DNA of 64,000 nt from Minisyncoccota bacterium (GCA_041660745.1 JBAZVT010000003.1:1880-65879), one strand, 5' to 3'; numbered from the stretch's first letter, positions 50,387 through 60,523 are shown. The notes: generated by a model not told the origin, from the letters alone. A program made the numbers and translations.

Positions 50387-51082
50387 TTATTTTGGCTCAC
50401 CTCTTAAATCTCCAAGATCCCTGAACTCAAGCCAGTCAGAAACAATACTTTCAAAAGATGGCGCTGGAGACGAAAAGTAATCCGGAAACTCATCAGCTTT
50501 TAGTATTTTTGATTCAGGTCTTAAATTAAAGTTAATTTCCACATATTCCTTGTAACTTGAATATTTATAATTATCTAAGAAATTCTCAGCTTTTTGCATG
50601 TCCACAACCCCCCTCTCTTTCCACGCAGGATCAATAATCTTTACCGGATTTAAATGTATATATGAAACTAAATACTTTAAATATTCGTCGGTATTTGCAT
50701 GAACTGCTTTAAATCGGCTCTCAAAAAGACTTCCGGTCCGTGTATTTTTTCTATTGAAATACATTGAGTATGACGTAAGCAATTTACCCAAAAATTTACT
50801 TATACCACCTTCTTCTGTTTCTTTTAAAAGTATGTGGAAATGATTTGGCATCAAACAGTATGCGCCGACAGAAACAATACTATCTTTCTTTTGAAAATTA
50901 AAAATATCCTTAAATTCCTTCTCAATCTCCCTAAAAGTTATATTTTGAGATGTATTATAAACAAATAAACCTTTAATAAAACGTTGATAATCTCTTTCGT
51001 CCTGAAAAATAAAGCGTTTATCAACGCCTCGAGCATAAATGTGATAGTACTCTCCTACACTAAATTCGATTTTTCTTTGCAT
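50387..51082 (-). CDS. REP-associated tyrosine transposase (RAYT) / IS200-like Y1 HUH transposase (COG1943)
   Basis: HUH motif LMPNHFHILL; C-terminal SRFKAVHANTDEYLKYLVSYIHLNPVK matches the RAYT catalytic-Tyr region (compare RFWEH...DYIYINPVK). Confidence 0.85.
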   Translation of the reverse strand: MQRKIEFSVGEYYHIYARGVDKRFIFQDERDYQRFIKGLFVYNTSQNITFREIEKEFKDIFNFQKKDSIVSVGAYCLMPNHFHILLKETEEGGISKFLGKLLTSYSMYFNRKNTRTGSLFESRFKAVHANTDEYLKYLVSYIHLNPVKIIDPAWKERGVVDMQKAENFLDNYKYSSYKEYVEINFNLRPESKILKADEFPDYFSSPAPSFESIVSDWLEFRDLGDLRGEPK

Positions 51083-51104
51083 TTTTATAAGAATAGAGGT
51101 TTTA

Positions 51105-51144
51105 CATAGGACCGCCCTATGTTTTTACATAGGGCGGTCCTATG
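51105..51144. repeat. REP-like hairpin D2 immediately upstream of the RAYT start
   Basis: cataggaccgccctatg-ttttta-catagggcggtcctatg; same stem as D1. Confidence 0.85.
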
Positions 51145-51412
51145 TTCTATCTATTGCTATTGTCTAAAGCATTAATGACAGAAGATGGGGTTGGGTTGGA
51201 AGCACGAAGATCGTTGCCGGAAACATAGCTGTTGTAAGAGAGGATGCCGGTGACGATGAGGCTTGCAAGAAGGATCGCGATAAAACTGAGGAAAAAATTG
51301 AAGAATGTTTTATCGAAGCAGTCTGACATTGTAATCGTATTATAACAAAGGCCTTCAGATAAGGGAAAAATGTTGCTCATAATCTGTGGATAACTCAAGA
51401 ATATATAAAATG

Positions 51413-51482
51413 CATACGACCGCCCTATGTATGTCACGGGAAAATTCCCAACTCCCTACCCTAGGGATGTCCTATGTATACG
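51413..51482. repeat. degenerate third copy (D3) of the RAYT-associated REP with a 30-nt insertion in the loop
   Basis: catacgaccgccctatgta ... cctagggatgtcctatgtatacg. Confidence 0.6.
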
Positions 51483-51573
51483 CCACTGAAAAAATCAGGC
51501 AAAACAAAAACCACCCGAAGGTGGTTTTTGTAAATCTGTCTAGCTAAAACTAGTGCTTAGCTTAGAGGGTAGA

Positions 51574-53454
51574 TTATTTAAGTCTTGATACTTCTGTATC
51601 AATGTCATTCAAGCCAGCTACGTATGATGTTGCGGCTGAAGTAACTGCATCACTGAAGTTAACTTCTGCAAGCTTAACACCTACATAGTTTGTTGATGAT
51701 GTTGCACCGTTCTCAACAGTAACCTTCAAAGTGAATGTTTCTGTCTGTCCCTCTTGAACGAGGTATGAGCCACCGGTCAAATCAGCATCTGAACTGAGAT
51801 CACTTGAAACTGTTGAACCTGAAATTGGGTTAACAATTGCAAACTGAACGCCAGTTGAAGTTGCTGTTGTTGTTGCACCCTTGAGGATGTAAGCATCTTC
51901 ACCAAATGATGTAACACTGAACTTGATTGTGTATTCGTTTCCAAATACTGTTTCTGAGTCGTTAGAAGCAACAACTGAAGTGCTGACTTCCTTGACTGAG
52001 ATACCATTTACGTAGAATGTCATAGTTTCACCGTTTGCAGAACCTGAAACTGAAACTACATCACCCTGAACGTTTTCAACGTCGAAGTCGTTTGAAACTC
52101 CAACAGAGACTTCTGCAGCATCACCGTTTGCGAATGTTGCATCGTCTGTGTCATTGAGGTCAACTTTAACAGTCAAAGTAACTGTATCATCTTCGTCAAT
52201 TGAAAGATCGAGATCTTCAAACAATACTTCACCTGAAGCATTAGCTGAAGCGATAGTTACAGAATCAAGAAGATCTGAACCGTCGTAAAGGTAAACTTTC
52301 TTGAACATACCTGTGATTGTACTTGTTGCACCTGAAGTTGTTGCAATAACAACTGGGATTTCATTAACAACCATATCTCCATCGTTTGCCTTGAGCTTGA
52401 AGACAAGAGCTGTAACATCTGTTGTGTCATCAGACTCGTCAACTTCAATACTCTGAGCGTCTGGATTTGAAGTTGCTTCACTTACAACGAGATCCTCACC
52501 TGAGAGGCCAGCAACATCAAAGGTTTCAACTGTACCCTCGAGGTCTGTCTGAGATCCAGCAACCTTACTGTAGGTATCACTGATTCCAGCACCATCAACT
52601 GCGCGGATTCCACTTACTGGAATTGCAACAGTCCATGTTGTACCTTCGTCATCTCCGTCAACGTTCTCAACTGCAGTAACCTCAACAAAGAGTTCTGCAA
52701 CTTCATCTGCTTTTACAACACCACTAAGGCCTGTAAAGCGGAATGAGTATACATCACTGTCTTCGTCTGCTTCTGAAGCATCCATAGTGTCAATGGTCTT
52801 ACCATCAAGGACGAGAGCTACTGAGTCAATGTATCGTGTCAAACGATCTGATGCACCTGTAGCAACTGTTGTTGCTTTGAAGTCAACATCAATACGTGAA
52901 ATAACGATATCTGAATCTTTTGCTTCAACCTCAAGACCGAGAACCTGAACATCTTCGTCACCTTCTTCAATTGATGAATCAACTGAAAGTGTGTCATTGA
53001 TGTCAAGAGAACCTTCTTCGCCAGATGTTGTTACAACTGGTGTTGTTGGTGTTCCTGGTGTAACTACAACTGGAGCTGCAACATTCAATGCTGCGCGGGT
53101 CAAAGGACCAACGTAACCTGTTGCACTGATTCCCTTTGTAGCTTGGTATGCCTGTACAGCTGCTTTGGTGATAGCACCGAAGTAACCTGTAGCTGGTGTA
53201 ACACCGAGCTTTGCCTGGAGAGCTGAAACATCAGCACCTCGTGAGCCTACAGTAAGATCTGTTGAGTAAACATATCCTGCTGGTGTTGATACTGTTGAAC
53301 CACTAAGCTGGGCGATCTGGGCCTGGAGCTGAGCGATCATTGCGTTCAAAGCTGCAATGTCTGTTGTCTGTGCCTTTGCTACTGGAGCGAAGACAAGACC
53401 AAGGACGATAGCAACTGCCGCAACTACTGCGAACAATTTTGTTGTTTTTGTCAT
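51574..53454 (-). CDS. acidic Thr/Val/Asp-rich surface protein with N-terminal peptidoglycan-binding (PG_binding_1) domain
   Basis: Signal peptide; LTVGSRGADVSALQAKLGV...TGYFGAITKAAVQAYQATKGISATGYVGPLTRAAL is a classic PG_binding_1 repeat; long acidic repetitive Ig-like region. Start taken at MTKTTKLF (53454). Confidence 0.65.
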   Translation of the reverse strand: MTKTTKLFAVVAAVAIVLGLVFAPVAKAQTTDIAALNAMIAQLQAQIAQLSGSTVSTPAGYVYSTDLTVGSRGADVSALQAKLGVTPATGYFGAITKAAVQAYQATKGISATGYVGPLTRAALNVAAPVVVTPGTPTTPVVTTSGEEGSLDINDTLSVDSSIEEGDEDVQVLGLEVEAKDSDIVISRIDVDFKATTVATGASDRLTRYIDSVALVLDGKTIDTMDASEADEDSDVYSFRFTGLSGVVKADEVAELFVEVTAVENVDGDDEGTTWTVAIPVSGIRAVDGAGISDTYSKVAGSQTDLEGTVETFDVAGLSGEDLVVSEATSNPDAQSIEVDESDDTTDVTALVFKLKANDGDMVVNEIPVVIATTSGATSTITGMFKKVYLYDGSDLLDSVTIASANASGEVLFEDLDLSIDEDDTVTLTVKVDLNDTDDATFANGDAAEVSVGVSNDFDVENVQGDVVSVSGSANGETMTFYVNGISVKEVSTSVVASNDSETVFGNEYTIKFSVTSFGEDAYILKGATTTATSTGVQFAIVNPISGSTVSSDLSSDADLTGGSYLVQEGQTETFTLKVTVENGATSSTNYVGVKLAEVNFSDAVTSAATSYVAGLNDIDTEVSRLK

Positions 53455-53814
53455 ATAGTAATGAATTCTAATAAATGAGTATTTGTGCAAGACACGTTAC
53501 TTAATAAAAAGGTGTGTTCACACAACTACTGTAATAAATTTCACGATCGTACTATATATAGTACGTTAGTGAACCTAATAATGCGTCATCACTCTTGCGA
53601 GCGACAACAAACTACACATTCACTAATCTCGGGGGCTTTATTACTCAACCGCCCCAGGTGGACAAAAGAATTTATTCATTCGTCCACGCGAGGCAGTTAA
53701 ATCGACACAAAGCTTTTACGAGTTTAGGTGATGAAAGTAGGTCTGAGTTCTATCGGAAGCAACCATGTCTGAAGAAGTGTACGGGAATGTCTTTTAGACT
53801 GGGAATAAGAAATC

Positions 53815-53891
53815 CTGGATTGCTTCGGATGATTACATCCTCGCAAAGACAGAAACTGGATCCCCGCATCCGCGAGGATGACAGAGAAAAG
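53815..53891 (+). repeat. repeat family B copy 2 (two tandem direct units)
   Basis: ctggattgcttcggatgattacatcctcgcaaagacagaaa + ctggatccccgcatccgcgaggatgacagagaaaag. Confidence 0.7.
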
Positions 53892-54250
53892 ATGTCTTAA
53901 TTCAAAGTCTTACTGCGCTATTTAATTGTCAAAGGTCTATCGTATTATCCACCCTCTCTGTAACATCTTACGAACACCGCGTGTATTCGTTACATGCCTT
54001 CATTAACTTTCTATCTGTAATGTGGACGTACCATGAAGATACATCTACTGGATAATTATATTCCTTATACAGGTACACTGCAAAGGATACTGTGGATAAC
54101 TTCTAAAAAATCCCGCACGGGACACATCTAGAAGTGGGTATAAGTATAGTCTTTTTATGAAGAAAGTCAATGAAGAAAAGGATTAAAAAGTAATTATGTG
54201 GCTAAAAGCATACGTATTTAGTATGAGTATAAGGAGGTAAAAGAATGCTA

Positions 54251-54300
54251 AAAACAGAGGCTTAGCCTTTTTGAAGATCCAAGGCTAAGCCTCTGTTTTT
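54251..54300. repeat. repeat family C copy 1: terminator-like palindrome AAAACAGAGGCTTAGCCTT-loop-AAGGCTAAGCCTCTGTTTT
   Basis: 19-bp stem flanked by A-run and T-run; same stem core as 54557-54608 and 63516-63564. Confidence 0.75.
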
Positions 54301-54359
54301 AAAAGAAAAAAGGAGAAGGTTAAATCATAGACTGTTCTCTACTACACAAAAAGCCACAT

Positions 54360-54436
54360 GTCATTCCCACGAAGGCGGGAATCTGGATTTGCATTGAACC
54401 TGGATTCCCGCCTTCGCGGGAATGACAGAGAGGAGG
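54360..54436. repeat. repeat family B copy 3 (inverted pair of units forming a long hairpin)
   Basis: gtcattcccacgaaggcgggaatctggatt-tgcattgaa-cctggattcccgccttcgcgggaatgacagag. Confidence 0.7.
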
Positions 54437-54488
54437 ACAAAAAAGATATTAGAAGGCTCGCAAAGACAGGAGAGGAAAAAAGCAAAGA

Positions 54489-54529
54489 CAAAAGTCCGAC
54501 CTTTTTGCAGTAAAAAGGTCGGACTTTTG
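54489..54529. other. 18-bp perfect hairpin containing the AAAAAGGTCGGAC motif
   Basis: caaaagtccgaccttttt-gcagt-aaaaaggtcggacttttg; related AAAAAGGTCGG words at 33147 and 14012. Confidence 0.6.
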
Positions 54530-54556
54530 GAAAGACGAGATATGAAAGAAAATATG

Positions 54557-54608
54557 AAAATACAGAGGCTAAGCCTTTCTGGGGATTTAAGGCTTAGCCT
54601 CTGTATTT
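54557..54608. repeat. repeat family C copy 2; functions as terminator of the 54619-55506 gene
   Basis: aaaatacagaggctaagcctt-tctggggattt-aaggcttagcctctgtatttatttt; sits 10 nt downstream of the stop on the minus strand. Confidence 0.75.
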
Positions 54609-54618
54609 ATTTTGTCCT

Positions 54619-55506
54619 TTAAGCGAACGCGAGAGAGTATGTACTCCAACGGCGTTCCCCTTCTTTCTTAAGGACACCTTCGGCAACAAGGGCGAGAAGC
54701 TCGCGTTGGAGAGTTTTCTCACTACACCCCTTCACCACATCAGCAATATCTTTCACACTAACTTTACTCTTTCTGGTTACAAGGGCGAGAATTGCAGTAA
54801 CACGTTTTGTCTTCTTTTCCTCCACAGGAGACACATGAGCTGGTCGTGCCGGAGCTATATTTTGAGTAAATGTCTTTTTGACAGAAGTGGACGATGAAAC
54901 AAACGGAGCCTCTGCAGGTCGAGATTGTTCACGAGATATAAAGGACACTTTTTGTGAGGGCATAAAGTTGTCTTTTATAACTTTTCTTTCTTCCTCTCGG
55001 ACGGCTGACACATCTGCGTGCGTGGAATTTATTTCTGGTTTTTTTACATGGAAAAATGATTCCCCAAATGCCATCGGATTCACTCCAATAGTTTCAGAGG
55101 CCTCTTTCTTGTCCACAAGATTTATAAGTGCTGTAAACTCCCGTAAAAGTATCGTGTGGTTCATCGGACTAATGAGTCCAGCGGTATGTGCTATTTCTAC
55201 GAGCGTTGCAAGATGGGTAATTCCCTTCTTCACACTTACAAGCGAAAACCCTGAACCTGTTCCTGAGATGGACATAGCCGTGAGAATGTCTGAGAGAATT
55301 GTTGACGATGCGGAGCGCATATTCCACTTCATCGGCTCATTGTCCGAGAAGAAATTTGTAATGAGGTAGAGTGCAGTAGCGAGACGTTCTGTCTTTTTGT
55401 ATATAAAAGCAGATCCAGCATCACCATTAAAGACACTTAAAGAAACCTCTTTCTTTTCAGGGGTATTTTGTACGGCTGTATTCTGGATGTCTTTTTGATT
55501 ATCCAT
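54619..55506 (-). CDS. hypothetical protein with C-terminal winged-helix DNA-binding domain, embedded in a repeat-rich non-coding island
   Basis: C-terminus VSVKDIADVVKGCSEKTLQRELLALVAEGVLKKEGERRWSTYSL is a typical wHTH; N-terminal 200 aa without recognisable similarity. Confidence 0.5.
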   Translation of the reverse strand: MDNQKDIQNTAVQNTPEKKEVSLSVFNGDAGSAFIYKKTERLATALYLITNFFSDNEPMKWNMRSASSTILSDILTAMSISGTGSGFSLVSVKKGITHLATLVEIAHTAGLISPMNHTILLREFTALINLVDKKEASETIGVNPMAFGESFFHVKKPEINSTHADVSAVREEERKVIKDNFMPSQKVSFISREQSRPAEAPFVSSSTSVKKTFTQNIAPARPAHVSPVEEKKTKRVTAILALVTRKSKVSVKDIADVVKGCSEKTLQRELLALVAEGVLKKEGERRWSTYSLAFA

Positions 55507-55770
55507 AGTATTGTCTTTTATGTATTAAACGTACCTTCTAAAGTGTCCTTTATAGCACTTCCTTCCCGAGACATTTGTAATGGACATTAGTATACACCTG
55601 ACCCCAGAAATTGCAATAGGTCAAAGAATTGCAATGTCTTTTATATGTCTTTGAACATGTTTATACGGCGAAGTACGGGGATAAAAACGGTGGATAACAT
55701 TGTAGTTACTATAAGACGAACGTGATATAATAAGAGAAGTATAAGGAAGGGTGTGAGAAAGAGAAAAATA

Positions 55771-55913
55771 CTGGATTGCTTCGGAATACCTCGCAACTAG
55801 AGCACCTGATACCCGCGAGCGGTAAAGACAGAATGGAAAAGGTAGGAGAAAATAGAGGAACAAAGACTGGATTGCCACGTCGGCAACCTCCTCGCAATGA
55901 CAGAATGGAAAAG
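55771..55913 (+). repeat. repeat family B copy 4 (two direct units) in the ftsK 5' UTR
   Basis: ctggattgcttcggaatacctcgcaa...gacagaatggaaaag and ctggattgccacgtcggcaacctcctcgcaatgacagaatggaaaag; ORF-track entries 55621-55958 here are spurious. Confidence 0.7.
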
Positions 55914-55939
55914 ACAAAAAACATAAAAACTAAACTATC

Positions 55940-58297
55940 ATGGCACGAGAAAAATTAGAAAAAGAAACACGAACAGAGCGCGAGGAACGTGGCGAGAAAT
56001 TTGAACGTTCCCAAAGAAAACAGAAAAAACAACGTGGTGTTTTTCGAGACCTCCAAGACGAGACCCGTCAGCATGTCTGGGGGATCGTATTTTTTGTTAT
56101 TGGAATTTTTCTCATTTTGGCAGCATTCGGCGGCAGCGATAGTAACCTCGCAGGACGAGCTGGTGGATTCTTCTATGGGACATTTCACACCCTACTCGGT
56201 ATCGGTTATTACATGATTCCCCTTCTCATGTTCATGCTCGGCATATCTTTTATGAAAGCTATGGAGAGAAGTTTTGCACTTACAAAAACTATTGGTGCGG
56301 TAATCTTCTTCCTCTCTTCTCTCGGAACAATTGGCACTATCGGTATCATTGTTGATGATCGCATCGGTGGCATCCTCGGATATTATGTTGCCCTACCCCT
56401 TGTCGGACTTTTTGATATTTATGCGACGCTCATCTTCCTCCTCGCACTCGTCGGTATTTCTTGTCTCATCATATTTGATACACACATCAACTTCAGCACC
56501 TTTGCTTTCGTAAAAAGAATGTTTGCACGGAAAGAAAAAGTACTCTCTGCAGAATTGGATACCGAGGAGGAGAAAAAGGCAGATGCAGCTATTGCTGTTG
56601 AGATGAAAAAAGTAGAAGAAAAGCCAGAACAAGCAGCCCAGAAAAAAGCACCTCTCGGAAAGATAGATGATAAAGATTTTTCTGTCTCTCAGAGGCACTT
56701 TGCCCTTGGGGTAAAGTTCATCCCTCCCCCGCTCTCCCTGCTGGAACGAGATAAAGGGAAACCAGAAGTTGGTGATATCAAAGCACAAGCAAACATCATC
56801 AAGCGTTGTTTACAGAATTTCGGCATCACTGTGGAAATGGACGAAATCTCTATCGGACCAACTGTCACACGATACGCACTCAAACCCGCAGAAGGTGTGA
56901 AACTTTCAAAGATAGTCTCACTCCAAAACGACCTATCTCTAGCTCTCGCTGCCCACCCCATCCGTATTGAAGCACCTATCCCCGGCAAGTCGCTCGTAGG
57001 TGTTGAAATACCAAACGTTACCAAAACCATGGTTGGTCTTGGATCCATGTTTGCTATGCCAGAATTCTTGGAATCACCAAAACCAATGCTTGTATCTATC
57101 GGTCGCGGTATTTCTGGAGCATCGCATTTCTCCGACTTGGCAAAAATGCCCCACCTCCTTGTTGCTGGTGCTACCGGTTCCGGTAAGTCTGTGACCATCC
57201 ACACACTCATCACTTCGCTTCTCTACCGCAACTCACCAGAAGACATGAAATTCATTATGATTGACCCGAAGCGTGTGGAACTTACTCTCTACAACAAAAT
57301 CCCCCACCTCCTTACCCCCGTTATTACTGATGCGAAGAAAACTATTCTATCTCTGAAGTGGGCAGCTAAAGAAATGGACCGACGCTATGATGTGTTGCAG
57401 ATTGAAAAGTGTAGAGATATAAACTCGTACCACAAGAACATCCTCGGTCCCGCCATGAAGAAATATGAGGAAAAGCTAGCAAAAGGAACCGTAAGCGAGG
57501 AGGACCAGAAAAAGATGCCTGAGACGATGCCTTACATCGTGATTATTATAGACGAGCTCGCAGACCTCATGCAGGCATACCCACGAGAACTGGAATCAGC
57601 GATCGTCCGCCTCGCACAAATGAGTCGTGCTGTTGGTATTCATCTCATTATTTCCACACAACGTCCATCTGTAAACGTTATCACCGGTCTTATCAAAGCA
57701 AACATTCCGACTCGTATTGCTCTTCAGGTGGCTAGTCAGATAGATTCACGCACAATTTTAGATATGGGAGGTGCCGAAGAATTGCTCGGCGCCGGAGATA
57801 TGTTGTATCTCTCCCCTGATATTTCCAAACCAATCCGCGTACAGTGTCCGTTCATATCTGAAAGCGAGGTTAAAAAGGTAGTGGATCATGTTGCGGAACA
57901 ATACGCAGGATCAATTCCAAGCGAAATTAACTTTAGTGAAGAACAACAAAAAAATGCCCTCTTTGACGCACAGCTCGACGAAGTAGCTGATATGGAAGAC
58001 GAGGACGAACTCTATGAAGAGGCTCGAGAGATTGTTATTGCATCACATAAAGCATCTACTTCATTTCTTCAGCGAAAGCTGGGGGTTGGATATGCTCGCG
58101 CGGCAAAACTTATTGATTCACTGGAAGCACGCGGTGTCGTGGGTCCTGGAAACGGATCTAAGGCTCGTGATGTCCTGGAAAGTGCCCCTCAAGGCATTGG
58201 GGAGGACTTTGCAGCAGCAAGTGCAGAAGCAGCACGAGAAGATGCTAGATCTGGTGGTAATACAGATACAGAAGAAGAAGAGGCTAAAACGTTTTGA
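55940..58297 (+). CDS. ftsK: DNA translocase FtsK/SpoIIIE
   Basis: N-terminal 4-TM domain, motor domain with Walker A GATGSGKS and DELADL Walker B, C-terminal gamma wHTH (STSFLQRKLGVGYARAAKLIDSLEARGVVGP). Confidence 0.95.
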   Translation: MAREKLEKETRTEREERGEKFERSQRKQKKQRGVFRDLQDETRQHVWGIVFFVIGIFLILAAFGGSDSNLAGRAGGFFYGTFHTLLGIGYYMIPLLMFMLGISFMKAMERSFALTKTIGAVIFFLSSLGTIGTIGIIVDDRIGGILGYYVALPLVGLFDIYATLIFLLALVGISCLIIFDTHINFSTFAFVKRMFARKEKVLSAELDTEEEKKADAAIAVEMKKVEEKPEQAAQKKAPLGKIDDKDFSVSQRHFALGVKFIPPPLSLLERDKGKPEVGDIKAQANIIKRCLQNFGITVEMDEISIGPTVTRYALKPAEGVKLSKIVSLQNDLSLALAAHPIRIEAPIPGKSLVGVEIPNVTKTMVGLGSMFAMPEFLESPKPMLVSIGRGISGASHFSDLAKMPHLLVAGATGSGKSVTIHTLITSLLYRNSPEDMKFIMIDPKRVELTLYNKIPHLLTPVITDAKKTILSLKWAAKEMDRRYDVLQIEKCRDINSYHKNILGPAMKKYEEKLAKGTVSEEDQKKMPETMPYIVIIIDELADLMQAYPRELESAIVRLAQMSRAVGIHLIISTQRPSVNVITGLIKANIPTRIALQVASQIDSRTILDMGGAEELLGAGDMLYLSPDISKPIRVQCPFISESEVKKVVDHVAEQYAGSIPSEINFSEEQQKNALFDAQLDEVADMEDEDELYEEAREIVIASHKASTSFLQRKLGVGYARAAKLIDSLEARGVVGPGNGSKARDVLESAPQGIGEDFAAASAEAAREDARSGGNTDTEEEEAKTF

Positions 58298-58397
58298 TTA
58301 CAAAACATTCGCCCAGGGAAAAAGATTATTAATCGGTCGGAGATTAACCAACACATCTATGAGGATAGAAAACAACAGAGGAAAAATTATTTTGAAA

Positions 58398-58716
58398 ATG
58401 AGCGTTGTTATTGTTGTTATCCTGGGCGTTGCTGGATATTGCTACCATCAATCCTCAAGACTCATAGATGGGCCTCAGGTCACCATCATCTCCCCTCTCA
58501 ACGGCTCAAGCTCTTCATCACCTCTTACAGAAATTGTTGGTATCGCCAAAAAATATTTCAAAAATCACACTCAACGATCGCCAAATTTTTATTGATGATA
58601 ATGGGAACTTTAGTGAACGGCTTTTATTATCAGATGGGTATAATATTTTAAAGATTGACGCTCAAGATAAGTTTGGAAAGAAAACGGAAAAAAAGATAGA
58701 AATCGTTAGAATTTAA
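58398..58716 (+). pseudogene. small membrane-anchored protein gene split by a +1 frameshift in an A6 homopolymer (58548-58553)
   Basis: Frame A 58398-58595 (MSVVIVVILGVAGYCYH...IVGIAKK) and frame B 58468-58716 (...ISKITLNDRQIFIDDNGNFSERLLLSDGYNILKIDAQDKFGKK...) are contiguous if one A is removed; could be a sequencing error or a genuine frameshift. Confidence 0.4.
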
Positions 58717-58743
58717 TACAATTAATAATAAAAGGAAATTTTT

Positions 58744-59820
58744 ATGGTGAAGAAAGAAAAAAAGGAAGCTAATTCAGGAGTGCGAGAAATCGAAGCGGCT
58801 ATTGCAGAAATCAAAACGAAATTTGGCGATGAATCAATCATGCGTCTCGGCGAAAGACCTCATGTGGATGTAGATGTAATCCCCACAGGCTCTATTGGTC
58901 TCGATGCGGCGCTTGGTGTCGGAGGTCTTCCGCGCGGAAGAATTGTTGAAATATTTGGTCCAGAATCATCTGGTAAGACTACCCTCGCCCTTCATGTCGT
59001 GGCAGAGGCTCAAAAGAAAGGCGGTGTCTGTGCATATATTGATGCAGAACACGCAATGGATCCAGAATACGCAACTAAACTTGGTGTTAATATCGACAAC
59101 CTCCTCCTCTCTCAACCAGATACGGGCGAACAGGGTCTTGATATTGTGGACAGTCTAGTCAGAACAGGAAAAATCGATGTTATTGTCATAGACTCAGTCG
59201 CAGCACTCACACCAAAAGACGAAATTGAGGGAGAAATGGGCGCATACCATGTCGGCAAACAAGCTCGCCTTATGTCACAAGCTCTCCGCAAGCTCACTGG
59301 TATCGTTGCAAAAAGCAAAACCATTGTCATTTTCATTAACCAGATCCGCATGCAAATCGGTGTGATGTTTGGCAACCCAGAAACAACACCGGGAGGAAAG
59401 GCCTTAAAATTCTACACCTCCATACGTATTGATATCAGAAAAATAGCTCAGATCAAGAAAGGAGAAGAAATCATGGGAAGCCGTGTCCGCGTAAAAGTGG
59501 TCAAAAACAAGGTGGCTGCCCCATTCAGGCAGACCGAGTTCGATCTTATGTACAACGAAGGTATCTCTATTGAAGGTGAGATCCTCGCTCTCGGAGAAAA
59601 AATGGGCATGATTTCAAAGAGTGGTGGTGCTTCCTATACCTATGGTGAAATGAAACTTGGACGTGGCTATGACGCAACACGAACATTCCTCCGCACCAAT
59701 CCAAAAATAAAAGACGAAATCCTCGGCAAGATTCGCAACGAGCTCAAAGAAGGTAAAATTATGACCGTTGGAAAAACAAAAGAAGAAGTGGAGGATGAGA
59801 AGGAAGAAGAGCCAAGCTAA
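58744..59820 (+). CDS. recA: recombinase RecA
   Basis: [13 protein letters not shown] Walker A, full-length RecA collinearity, acidic C-terminal tail. Confidence 0.97.
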   Translation: MVKKEKKEANSGVREIEAAIAEIKTKFGDESIMRLGERPHVDVDVIPTGSIGLDAALGVGGLPRGRIVEIFGPESSGKTTLALHVVAEAQKKGGVCAYIDAEHAMDPEYATKLGVNIDNLLLSQPDTGEQGLDIVDSLVRTGKIDVIVIDSVAALTPKDEIEGEMGAYHVGKQARLMSQALRKLTGIVAKSKTIVIFINQIRMQIGVMFGNPETTPGGKALKFYTSIRIDIRKIAQIKKGEEIMGSRVRVKVVKNKVAAPFRQTEFDLMYNEGISIEGEILALGEKMGMISKSGGASYTYGEMKLGRGYDATRTFLRTNPKIKDEILGKIRNELKEGKIMTVGKTKEEVEDEKEEEPS

Positions 59821-59900
59821 GATACCGCACACTACTTAAAAATAGACAAAAACGGCCAATTAGCATAGAATTGCGAGGTTACTATAATATAAAAGGCACA

Positions 59901-60485
59901 ATGTCACTTCTTGAATATAATGAAGTCGTAGAACGAAAATATATCATATTGGACGGACAACCATACGAAGTTCTCACTTCACATGTTTTTCGTAAACAAC
60001 AGAGAAAGCCTGTTAATGCAGCAAAACTCAAGAACCTTATCACAGGTAAAGTCACGGAACATTCATTCCACGTATCCGAGAAAACTGAAGAAGCAGAAAT
60101 TGAAACACGAGAGGTAAAGTATCTGTATACAAGCAAGGGTGAATACTGGTTCTGTGAAGCTGAAGACCCTGCAAAACGTTTCCAGCTCTCTGCAGAAATT
60201 GTCGGGACAGCAATACAATTTATAAGAACAAATACAGTGATGGACTCGTATGTTTTTGATGACAAAATCATGGGCGTCCGCCTCCCTATCAAAGCCGACC
60301 TCAAAGTTGTAGATGCTCCTCCTGCAGTCAAAGGCGACACCGCAAAGGGTGGCAACAAGCAACTCAAACTTGAAACAGGTGCTGTTATCAACGGCCCCCT
60401 CTTCATTGAAGAAGGAGAGACCATCCGTGTTAATACAGAAACTGGAGAATACGTGGAGCGAGTAAACGAAGGAAAGAAGTTCTAA
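59901..60485 (+). CDS. efp: translation elongation factor P
   Basis: Three OB/KOW-like domains with EF-P collinearity. ATG at 59901 with TATAAT at 59884-59889, 11 nt upstream. Confidence 0.93.
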   Translation: MSLLEYNEVVERKYIILDGQPYEVLTSHVFRKQQRKPVNAAKLKNLITGKVTEHSFHVSEKTEEAEIETREVKYLYTSKGEYWFCEAEDPAKRFQLSAEIVGTAIQFIRTNTVMDSYVFDDKIMGVRLPIKADLKVVDAPPAVKGDTAKGGNKQLKLETGAVINGPLFIEEGETIRVNTETGEYVERVNEGKKF

Positions 60486-60523
60486 GACAAGGCACTAGCT
60501 ATTAGCCTCTAGAATCTAGCCAT

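Noticed and set aside
51147-51437. 96-aa ORF between the RAYT and the surface-protein gene
   Set aside because: Its 5' end lies inside the degenerate REP copy (51413-51482) and the product is low-complexity; probably not a gene, at most a shorter small membrane ORF.
58014-58595. 193-aa ORF overlapping the 3' end of ftsK in another frame
   Set aside because: Out-of-frame overlap with a well-supported FtsK gamma domain; only its last 65 codons (from ATG 58398) are plausible.
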